DNA from: Conidiobolus incongruus B7586
Lineage: Eukaryota
Direction of reading: 5' to 3'
Assembly: GCA_000697335.1 (NCBI GenBank)
Contig: JNEM01013289.1
Span: 1-60,238, forward strand
DNA: 60,238 bases
Below the pieces are notes generated by a model. The model worked only from the letters and a program-made list of their open reading frames with translations. It was not told the DNA's origin and made no database searches. This document shows, one piece after another, positions 28,216 through 39,818 of the stretch. Positions within the stretch are counted from its first letter, which is position 1. Each line of letters starts with the position of its first letter. The position numbers and the translations under genes are program-made.

Positions 28216-29599
28216 TTATCTTATTATATTTTTTAAATTTAAAAAAAAAATTATTAATAAATTTCATTCTTTTTCTCATTTAAATCATCTTAACAAATAT
28301 ATATATATATTATATTTTGATAATTCATATATTAACTCTTGTTAAAAAATCATACAAATGTATATATTTATTTAAATCATAATAATTGATGATTATTTAT
28401 ATTATATAAATTAAATAATGGCAAAATTTTGAAAAATTAAATATAATTTTTCAAATATAAAGTTAAAAACAGATAAAAATTATAGATATAATACTCCTTT
28501 TTATTAACAATAGCCTTGGCTATATTTTTGATTAAATTTCCAATATTTTTAAATTAAAATTTTCTATTAAAGATTAATATTTAATATTTTGTAATTTAAT
28601 TATATCTGTTTATAAAAGTTTTTTTTCTTAAAAGCGAAATCTTTAATTACCCAAAATTATTATAATTATATAAATTATAATCTGGTGAATATATTAGATA
28701 TGATAGTTTTATGCATTTTTTAAAGAAAATTATTGGTAAATTGAATTTTATATATTTTTCAAATATTAAAAAAAATAATTAATATCTTTAATTTATAATT
28801 AAAATATGATTTAGAAACAATCTTATTTAATAAATAAAATATTCATTTTTAATTAATTAATTTTTGATAGTTAAATAAAAAAGTTATATATTATTATAAT
28901 ATATAATATTAATTATTAGTAACTTATAAATATAATGTTTTTTATAAAATAGTTATTTTGACATAACTTAAAATTTTGGTTTAATTTCAAAAACTATAAA
29001 AAAGAACAAAGTTTACTAATTCTAGATATTTAATATTAAATTTTTATTTTTGAATATATTTTTAAAGGTTTTATTTAATTATAATTTTTTGATTTTTTTA
29101 AGTTTTAAATTATTTATTATTTATTATTTATTGTTTTTTTAAAACCCAAATCTAGTAAAAAATATATTATATTCTTTTTTAATATCTTTTTATACCTTTA
29201 TTTTTTATTTAAATTCATTTATAATTTACTCTTTATTTTATCTTATTTATATTATCTAAAATCTTACCTTAATAAATAATAAGTTTTATAACTTGAAATA
29301 AATTGCTACCCTAGTTTTTAGCATTAGGATAGTATAAAATAGTAATTTTGAATAAAACATTTTTTTTATAAAATTACTTATAGAATTTAATTAACTTTAA
29401 TAAGTTTATGTCTGTATTAATATATTACCAAATTAATAAACCCTTGAATATCAATTTCCAGTTTAATTATGATAAATTCAGAAATAAATATAAATAAAAA
29501 ATAATAATTTTATTAATTTTTTAAAATATTTTTTTCATAATTAAAGAATTATTTAAAAAGTTTAGCATTTTTTTCATAATTGATAATTATATATCCTTT

Positions 29600-30350
29600 A
29601 TACATTATTTAGTTTAAAATTCAGTCCTTAAAATATTTATTTTAATTTAGTAATAAATTGATATGAAAATTAATAACTTATAAATACCAAAGTCCAAATA
29701 TATATCAATGTATATTTTTAAATATCTACTATTATTAAAAATAATAAATAATGCTATTACTCTCTTATATTATTAATTTGATTATATTTAATTTTTATTT
29801 CTCTTTGATTATAATATTGGTTGCTCCCAAAATATTAGGATTTGTATTAGGACAGGAATCAATATTAAATTGATTTTTATTTGCCACAATCATGGGTTTC
29901 AATCATTAATTATTTTGAAAAAAATTACTTTTTATTATCTGTAGCCCAAGTGAATAATGATTTGTTTAACCGCAATATATTTACGTTTTAAATTCAGGAT
30001 ATATAAAAATAAAATATTATTCACTAATTAATTAAACCATGTCTTATATACCTCATTTAGCTTAATTTTTTATTACTATATTTCGTTATTCGAAGAGTTT
30101 TTTATCAAACATTTTTGAGGATTATTTAATTTATTGTTATTTAATTGAAAATACAAATTATACATTATCACAATAATTTCTTTTTTATTATTTTAAGAAA
30201 TTAATAAATTCAATTATAAACTTTGAAAAATAATGTTTAAAGTTAGAATTCCTCTTTTAGTTATCTTCATTCTATTTTATAAATACTTTTAATTTTTGAT
30301 AATTTTTAAATATTCATATTAAATCTAGCAAATATTGTCCTAATAAAGGA
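29600..30350 (-). mobile_element. Probable extremely degenerate LTR-retrotransposon (Ty3/gypsy-like) RT/RNase H remnant
   Basis: Weak motifs in RT-RNase H order across frameshifts: IFARFNM, GILTLNIIFQS, NYCDNV (cf. YxDD), YIRH (cf. YLGH), LFTW, NTNPNILGA (cf. DASxxxLGA). Each match needs G>A/C>T back-correction. Confidence 0.35.
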
Positions 30351-31495
30351 AATAATATTATCAATTATTTTAGTAAAATTTTATATTTTATAATTTATTT
30401 TTTTAAACCAAATAAATAGAATATATAACCTATTTTTTTAATTCAAATTAAATTATAAATTATTTAAAGAATAATTTTATAATTGATTTTTATGAAGTTT
30501 TTTATAAAAAAAATTATAACATATTTTTAAAAATATCCTTCAATATCTTATTTTATATATTCTGATAAGTGTTTAATTGCAATTGGGTTTTATCTTTATA
30601 ATATTTTATATTTATTATATAAAATAATAAGATTTCTTAAATTATATTAAATATACTAATTAAAAATAGTTTTATTTAAAAAAGTAATATAAAGTTTATT
30701 ATTAATTGATTTTCTTTTAAAAACTAAATAAGAATAGCAAATACTATTATAATTTAATAATATCAATAATATTTACTTATCAATATAGTATTTATTTAAA
30801 ATAATTTATAAAAAGGGTTAATTTAATTTAATTTAATATTTTGATTTATGTTTTAATAAAAGATTATATAAAAAGATATAAAATTCATTAATTGTAATAA
30901 TTTATTATTAAAACTTTAGTTTTTAACTATACCTTAATAAATTTTATTTAACAATAATTACTCTAGCTTTTTTTAAGCTTTAGTTAAATTATAAGGTATT
31001 TATTTTATATTTTTATTAATTAATTTTAATCTAAAATTTAATATACATAAAATACTTATATAATTAATATTAAAATACCTTAATAATTTTTTAATTAAAA
31101 TAAAAAAGTATTTTTTAATATACTTTTTTACTTTATTAATAATTAAAAGAATAATAGTTAAAATTAATTTTTTAAATTTTAACAGGTTTTAAATAATTTC
31201 TTTCTTAATATTAAAGAAATTTACCCAACAATAAATTATTAATTTTGATAATATTTTATTACTAAGAGTTACTTATAAATTTAAATAATTTTAAAGGGTT
31301 TATGGTTTAGTTTTATTAATACTAAAATAAAAATCTTTTGATGAACACTATTTAGTTTAAACATAATCAAATTAAATAACTAATTTTAAAAAATTTCTAA
31401 TTTCTTCAATTCTACAATAATATTAATAAGAATTGTAAATGATTGAAATTAATAAATAATATAATATTGTGGTTATTAAAACATATTTGAATAAT

Positions 31496-31569
31496 TGATC
31501 TTACTCAGATTCAAACTGAAGACTGTTTGTGTGTTAGACAGATGTGATAACCAACTACACCATGAGATC
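31496..31569 (-). pseudogene. tRNA-Val(AAC) pseudogene
   Basis: GATCTCATGGTGTAGTTGGTTATCACATCTGTCTAACACACAAACAGTCTTCAGTTTGAATCTGAGTAAGATCA. D arm/A box and AAC anticodon loop are intact, but the T loop reads TTTGAAT instead of TTCGA and the acceptor and anticodon stems contain mismatches. Confidence 0.85.
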
Positions 31570-31743
31570 TTACTAAGTGTGTGGCAATTGTTACTTTATT
31601 GATATGTTTTCCCATTCAAAAATCACTATCAAATCACTGATCATCCCAATTAAGCCATATAAATAATCCCAACCAGTTGTGAATAAGGCTCTAAACTCAT
31701 GATATCACAATATCTACATGTCTTACAACCATACTATTGATCC

Positions 31744-32298
31744 TTGATGGCCTACTTATGCTATACTTACCACTTAATCAAAAAGAATTTTTTCTCTATT
31801 TTACAAATAAAACCTTATTTTCCTACTCAAACCCCGCTTCAGAGCATACTCAAGGAGCCACCTATAGCTTCACATGAGAAATATTCCATTATCCATTCTA
31901 CATCCATTCCTATTGGTATTCTGTGATTTTGCCTTCTTAGCATGCCAAGTTCTCATACTGCCACTGCTGATTTAGTCACCCTCTTCAACGCCCCATTCAA
32001 TAGTAATCATGGTCGGATGGCCAGAGAACGGATCATCAGTAACCTGCATTAGTTTGTAGGCACAATGCTTCACAATCTGGCCCATACAATGGCTGTGTCA
32101 GTATCCTCGATGACTCTCAAGGAGCTAATAACCGCGACAAAGTGCCTTGCCACTAATTACAAATTTCTATTAACAATAGGACCAAATTGTTCGATCAATA
32201 AAAAGTATTCTTTTTTCATTCTTGATCCAATATTTTGTATCCTCTTATTATCAAGTCCATTTTACATCTATCAAGTAAATTTATCTAAGTCATTATAA
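31744..32298 (+). pseudogene. Near-open coding remnant, possibly retroelement gag-like
   Basis: ORFs 31744-31926 and 32065-32298 are in the same frame and are bridged by only one TGA and one TAG. The segment is GC-richer than its flanks. No diagnostic motif recognised. Confidence 0.3.
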
Positions 32299-33637
32299 TC
32301 ATTTCTCCCAATACTTTCCAATATCTTTTAAACTTTTATGAAAATGCTCTTGTGATTATAATCCGTTTATCAGTATCTTTAAACTAGTATGAAATTAAAA
32401 TATTTTAGTTATTTTGATTTCATTATAATAATATAAATAGTCCCATTCAATTAAATAAATCTAAAATTCTTTTATGATTATAGATTCATTATTTAATACA
32501 GGAAGTTCTTGTTAATTATTAAATTTATATAATACAAAAGAAATTCCTGGTTGTAATTATATTTATTATCACAATATTTAGGTAAAATGTATTAATTGGG
32601 TTTTTGTTAAAATAAATATACCATATACAAATAGTTTTTCAATGTAGAAATAATAATCAAAAAGATTGAGACACATATAATGTATTTTTGCTAATGCTTG
32701 TCATATTTCTTATCACTACTGAGAGTTTTTAGTGTATCTTTGAATTCAACAAAATTAAATTGAGTATACAATTAGAATAATGTTTTGTATATGATCCATA
32801 GCATTAATTTTGTTCTTGATTTATTTGATACAATATTTGATGATATGCCTATAGTTTGAAATGTTTGTTCTACGAATGAGTTCTAACTAAAATCACAATT
32901 AAAATTATCCTATTTTTATAACTTTTTTCCAATTTCGAATTAAATTTCTATCAATATCAAATAAAATTTAATCCAATCAAATTCATATTAGAATAATATA
33001 GAATTGTAAAAAATTGGTATAATATAATATAATTTAGTTGAATGTTAGATCAAAAAAATTTTTTGATGCTATCCTTGAAATGATTTATAATAAATCAAAA
33101 ATATAAAGTATTATGAAAGTTATATATTAGATAAAAATTATATATACTATTATAAATTATTTTATCCACTCAAAAATTAAATTATACTGATCGAATATTG
33201 TATAAAATTTTACAATTTAAATTTGTTTAATTTAATACTGAATTATTCGACCGTAATTGATAATATAAATTAATATGCTATTATCAGAAAAATCATTTTA
33301 AAGAATGTATTTTGAATTCTGGCATTGGAATTAAAACTATAAAAAGGGTTAATCGAGAATGAATTCTAGCAAAAACAAGTTACTGTCAAATGATAAAGTA
33401 AGTCAAGGATTATGATGAGCAACAATAATAGATTATTTCATATTAATGTTAAAACAATTATAAATATATCGACGGTATCGAAGCTAGAAATCAAGATGAT
33501 CGCTAATGAGACAAGTAAAATTAATCAATATATTAATTAATAATTTCAACTCGACTAATCTCTTCGTTGGCGAAGCATATTCAAGATAAATTTAGCATAA
33601 TTAGATACAAGGTTGTGAGTTAAAAATCATAGTTATT

Positions 33638-35161
33638 TTAAGCAATCCGAGCAGAATCTTCTGTTATTAGCTCCGAATTCGTTATAGGACGCTTATCCAT
33701 TTCGACTTGGCTTGAAGGAGAAGCTGGCCCAGTTTGGATCGATGTGGTGTCAGATTGAATCGTATCATCAGCCCTTTCTGAAGGTGAAGGTAATGTCTCT
33801 TGCTGTGAAGTCTGTGGAGACACAGTTTCTTCAGTAGGAGCATTGGTATCAGCTGGTTGCGCAGATGGAGAATTTTCAGTAGAGTAACCATTTTGTTCAG
33901 CTTCTAGTAAACTTGCACGAATGGCCTCCATAATCATCAGTTCTTCAATATCTACACCCATATTATGAACAGCGGCCAGGTAACCAGCGTAGTCGCTTGG
34001 AAGGTCAGCTCTGGTTCGACGAGAGGAACGCGGACGGATTGATAAAAATCTACCAGGATGAGCTAGGAGGGCACCTCTTTGGTTACCTCTATTGGAAGAA
34101 TTTCTCATGCTTTCAGGACGGAATTCATCTATTGAAAATTAACCAAACTGGTTAACATTATGAAAAATAGAAGAATTACCTGCTGTGACAGAGCTTGCGG
34201 TTTTATGCTTTTGAGGCTTTTCGTCACTCTCTGAAGAAATCTATAAGATGAAAATAAGCATTAGAATAATGTATTTAGTTGAAATATAAAATACTAGATG
34301 GCTTAAAATTATAACTTACATTAGGATTATTGGGATTAGCCAAGAATGGATTTTCCAAATGGTCGTATCTCACAGCAAAATTTTCATGGGCACAGAATGG
34401 GCATCTAAAAGAAGGAATGTCAAGTTAGATAATTGGTACGTTGATAAATTTTAGAATATATTTAAAAGAATAATGATAGGGTTGAACAGTCCCACTAGCA
34501 AATGACAATAGAATTATTAAATGACTTACAATGGAGGCGTGTCTGAGTTTGCAGCTCTCTTAATTTCAACTAGACATTCTGTACATATGGGTTCATCACA
34601 ACAGCTGGAGTAATTTATGTTGGAAGGATAATACTAAAGTTGCAATTAGTTAACTATATTTTCAATGAAATTTAATTTGTTAATTAATAATTATATAGGT
34701 TTAACATTTTTCCGTTCAAAATATTATAATATAAAAACAAGTCCACTTACCAAAAAGCAAATAGGACATTCAATAGCTTTCTTATATAATCCTGTCAAAA
34801 TATTTTCTTGTGAATTCGCAAGCGAAGAGTCAATCTTGGGAGATTTTTGACTATGGGACTTCTGGTGGCCAGTCAGGGTACCCCATTTATTTCCGGAGGT
34901 AGGCAAATTTAGCTGACTCGAAGATTTAGGGCGAGGTTGCTGGTACATTTTATTAAGAAGGGGTGACGGGAGTTTGCTGACTTCGTCTGGCTCATTGAGT
35001 CCTTTATAAAAAGGTGCTATTTTCCTTTCAAGTATAAGTTTTCGGATTATTTTAGGGTCATAATCTAAGTTGCTTAGTTGGTAAATTCCGAAGGGAGTTA
35101 AGGTACCATAATCAATAGTTTCTTCTTGTTTAACTTTGTGTTTTCCTTGGTGGTTACCCAT
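33638..35161 (-). CDS. SIP5: Sip5-like RING-type zinc-binding protein, multi-exon
   Basis: MGNHQGK start, [30 protein letters not shown], spliced [32 protein letters not shown]...CPFC, and a C-terminal UIM-like [17 protein letters not shown]. Confidence 0.85.
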
Positions 35162-37156
35162 ATTTAATAGTATTTGTGTAAAAAAATATATTTATAAGAA
35201 GATCGATTATGTAAAATGTATATAAAACAATTGAAAAAAATAAATGTGGCTGAAGCACAACTGAATGAATGTGTAATAGTAGTAAAAGTAGTCAGAGTAT
35301 AAAAACAGTCAAGATATAACCAATAAATCAAATAAATATATAGTTGGTATCGTTTAATACAAGAGTGAAAGAGATTATTGAATATAAATATTTAACAAGG
35401 AATAGGTGTAATTTAAAATTGATTAATTGGATGATAATAATAATTGGGTTGAATGGATAATAAGTTGAGTTGATTGAATAAATTGTTTGAAACTATTTAC
35501 AACGTTATCATAAAATCATATAATTTCCATTGATTACCATCAATCGATACTATATTGGTATTTATAGAGGATTCTAAGGGATCAGGTCATATTTAAAGTT
35601 TTATACATATTCATATAATGATAAATAATTCTATGTATTAATTCTGCTCATATATTAAGGGGAGGATTGTAATTCAAACAGAGAGTAAAAGGGAGAATTA
35701 TATCATTAATTGGAAAAATTTATTGGATCATAAATGACTACAAAGGGTAAATATTGTATAATAATTACCTAGTAAGATACCTCATACATTATATTTTCTA
35801 TTATAGTTATTTATAATCTCTACTATGAAAATTATTTGTATTGAATATATTCAAATTTGAAATCAACGAAACAAAATATGTGGATCAATGTTAAATTTAG
35901 ATTCTGAAGTAATATAAGGTTTGTTATAAATAAGGTATAGTGGCAACATATCACTATTATTCATTGTATATTATTATCATTATAAAAATAATCATATTTT
36001 TTCAATATAGATGTCAGTTGAAATTTTCTAAAAATGCAATAAGATCAAGTTGATCAATGCTTCTGAATTGATTGGTTCACAAATTGATAAGAATGCATAG
36101 ATTAGTAACCATTTGTCAATTGATTAGTCAGAATGGTTAGAGAATATATAATATGACCAATGCGAATGAAAGGAGTAGTGACATGAGTAATTTTAATTAA
36201 AAATTGAGTGATAAAATAGAGCTAATAATAGCAATCTATTCTTTTTTTAAATACTGGATAACTATGGCTTCCATAGGTTATTATTATAACTTTTCTTCTC
36301 ACACTTCATTAATTATTTGATCGCTGTTAATGTAAATAAATGAGGGGGTATGAGGTTGTAGGGAGTTTTATTTACAATTATTCCTTTTTTAGAGCAATTT
36401 TTAATTCAATTCACTTAATATTAAATAATTTGTATAAAATGATGATTAAATACAGTACAATTATCAAAAAGAGATATAATATAATGATATAATAAACTTT
36501 ATATAAAGGATATTAGCTCAAAAGTTTCCAATGGGACTAAGGATGGATTAATAGTAACATTCAACTCGTTGCTCAGCCTTCTATGATTTCATTATTCATC
36601 ATTTTTTTAAAACATTTAGTCACTAAAATTCCATTATTAAAATCAATTCAAACCATAATTTTTTCATTCGAAATTAAGGAATATAGCTATATTCATTTTT
36701 TTAATAAATAAATCTGGATAACCAGAAATTACATTGTAATTTGGATCTATACAAACAATTTTATGAAATCGTTACATAGTTTTTATTCATTACCTAAGAT
36801 TACTTCATTAAAAAATGAATTCAAAATTACTAGCTACGATTTGGATAAAAATTATAATATTATTACATTCAAATATTTGAATAAATAAAACTGATAAAAA
36901 CAAATTTTGAAGGTGTATTTTGTATTAACAAACATCATAATTGGATTTTAAATGAGTCATAAAGCATCATTTTGTTTATCTTTATTCAATGAATAACAAG
37001 CATATAATATACAAAAGATATAAGCCTATATTGTGAATAATACAATATTTTAAATACTTTCTTTTTGTTAAGATCTATTAAACAGTATTTTTTTTATCAT
37101 TTGTAAATTTTATATTTAATTGATATTTTTCTGTAATATTGAAGTACTGGGATTGA

Positions 37157-37290
37157 ATATAATCAAAATTGTTCAATATTAATCAAATTTAATCAACTCT
37201 TGTCCAAGTCCTGTATGGAATCCACAGACCCCAAGGGGACAAGCCCCAATACCAATCCTGGAAGATTAACTTGATTATTTGTTGACTAGC
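37157..37290 (-). ncRNA. Candidate (degenerate) omega-RNA scaffold of the Fanzor2 element; paralogue at 27817-27950
   Basis: Lies directly 3' of the RuvC-III motif, is the GC-richest and best-conserved part of both copies, and contains hairpins GGGG-CTTG-(T)CCCC and GGGGTC-TGTG-GATTCC. Confidence 0.5.
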
Positions 37291-37752
37291 AAAAGAGTAT
37301 ACTTTTAATAATATTAATGTCTTGATCCATTTTTTATGATATTAAAAATACTTGAAAGTTTTAATTGAATCCAGTTAAATATTCAAACACTCAAAACTAC
37401 TATATGTTGTGCTTATGTGAAAATTATATTATTACGATATACCAAAAGTACTCTTTTATTTTGTTATATAAAGTTTTCTTAAATTTGCAATAAGATTATC
37501 TTAACATTATATTTGTATTTTTACTTTTAATGCATTTATTTGCTTTTCTCATCATCATATAATTGTTAAATTAAGGAAATATAGTAATAAGATATTTATT
37601 CAAAAATCAATCTAATAGATTTATTATAAACCTTGTTAATATGATTTTTGGTTTTTTAATATTTTTAACTACGTTTCTCACTATATTGAGATTTAAATAA
37701 TAGATTTTTAGTATAATTTATTTTACAGCCTGTTATATTTATGGTAAAATTG

Positions 37753-37774
37753 ATATATATATATATATATATAT
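37753..37774. repeat. (AT)n microsatellite inside the Fanzor remnant
   Basis: AT dinucleotide run interrupting the decayed ORF. Confidence 0.8.
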
Positions 37775-39818
37775 TAATAGAAATTAAAAAATAGCTTGAT
37801 ATTAAAGTTTATGATTAAAGGTTAAAATTATTTTTTAATATATTTTATCTAATAATTTAACCATAAATTTTTTTTCATTATTTAATTTAATATCTAAATT
37901 TATAAAACATTTTATAAAAAACATATTATAACCGCGTTTTTCTAATAATCTCCAAGTTAATTATATTTTATTGTAGTTAAAATTAATTGGGTTAAAAACA
38001 TTATTTTATAATTTATATAGCAAATAGTGATTTTTTGAATATAGTTTTTTATTCAAATTTAACCTTTTTATATATAGTATATTTAAAATTATATTAATTC
38101 AGATGGTTATTGGTTAATTTATTTTAAATATGGTGAGGATATTCTAATACTTATTTGTTATCATCCTTAAAAAATTATATTCAAACATTTAATTTTTGAT
38201 TCTTATAATTAGATATAAGAAATTTTTTAACAGTAATTGTATATTTATTAAAAGTTAATCTTATTTTTTATATTATATGATTAAATTCTTCTTGTCAAAA
38301 ATTAAAATAAACTTGTTTTTTGATTATATTGTATTTTATATTAAGCTATTCTTATCCGCTTTATTTTTCTAGAAGTAATCTATCATACTTTGGTATAAAA
38401 TATACAAAAATATAAACAGATTATAGGTCAGGTTATTTGTTGAGATATGTTTTTAATATACAATAAATAACTATATATTTTATTTTATTTTTTTCCAAGA
38501 TTAGTTTAAAAAGCCAAGATTTATCTATAAAAATGTTGATTTGTATTGGTAATAGTAAACTTAAGGAATAGTTTGTTTATATAATTTTTTAATTAAGTTT
38601 AAAAGCTAAGAAATTTATCATTGAGTTTGATCTAACATCCCATATGATGTTATATTTAAAAAAACTACCTTTAGGTTATAAGACTTATTTATGGTTTTAT
38701 TTTGGTGTTTAAAAGAGACTATTATGAAAAATGTTTAGATTTTCAATGTTAATATTGCTTTTTACTTAATTAAAATGTTGCTCAATATCTAAAACTGATT
38801 ATTGCTTGAATTTATTTAGAGTTTGTATGATTCTAATCTTTTCCAGTTCTATCCCAACATCTAAAAATGCTTGATAAAATTCCAAATTATTTTCTTATTT
38901 TGGGGGTAGAAGTATATTTAGAATTGTTTTACTTGTCTAAGAATAGCAATAGTGTGCTTTGTGCTGCATTGCTTGTAACTAAATATTATTATGTAAAAAT
39001 ATCCAAGTATCTGGGGTGCAAGTCATAGTTTATCTATGACTTGATTGAATATCGATAGGTGTATTCAAAACAAGTAGAAATTCTGGGAATGATATTGTTA
39101 ATCTGATGATGGATATTTTTAATTTTGGAATAATTCTTTAATATCCATATTTGATTTTATATAAAGATAATATCTAGATTATGTGAATTATGATTTACAG
39201 TTTAAGTATATGATTTTTCTTGAAAATTGAAAACTATTCTACAATTATGTGAAGAGAATTACTATAGAAACAATTTAATTATGATTCAATCATAATCGAA
39301 TAATGTTCAACATTAAAAAAGATAAATTATCTATGACTAATATACTTTTAATCACTTGTTATTTGAAATTTAGTTTATAAATTAGGAAAACCCGATCCCA
39401 TAATGAAAACAAAGTATACCCAATTTACTAAATTTGACCAATTTGAGGAATAAGCTTAGAATTCAACAAAAAACATTTAGAAAAGTAACTTGAAAAGATA
39501 CAACCTTCAATAGAGAATTTAAACCACTATCATTCGAACTTTTATCACAGCTATCACATTATACTTTGAATATCTCGTTTAAGCACTCGTCAATAGAAAA
39601 ATTAAATTATCAAATTTTATAAAACAAGTATGCAAAATTTTAATTATAAATTCAGTCTCAATTTAATTTGAATTCATTTCAAATTTTGAATATAATTTTT
39701 TCAAGATGACTTTTCTAGCTTAAGAAACATATATTTCAAGTTGTATTCTATTTGAATATTAACCAATTTAAAGCATATCTAGCTACTATACTGCCAAGTT
39801 AGGTGTATTTTATACATA

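Larger units (their letters stand above)
37157..38920 (-). mobile_element. Near full-length degenerate IS607-type element: serine recombinase tnpA (~38920-38350) plus TnpB/Fanzor2 (to ~37195) (copy B)
   Basis: tnpA: KYTSTPKIRK*FGILSSIFRCWDRTGK/IRIIQTLNKFKQ*SVLDIEQHF (HTH), VSFKHQ (38702-38719), IIWDVRSN, LFKLILEKNKIK. Fanzor: KNHINKVYNK, IFP*FN, MRKANKCIKSKNTNIMLR*SYCKFKKTLYNKIKEYFW, ISTTYSSF..LDSIKTFKY, MDQDINIIKSILFC (37289-37330). Confidence 0.8.

Noticed and set aside
37157..37196. Short periodic repeats as a CRISPR-like array
   Set aside because: 10-bp units without spacers in a eukaryotic context; they fit transposon end repeats.
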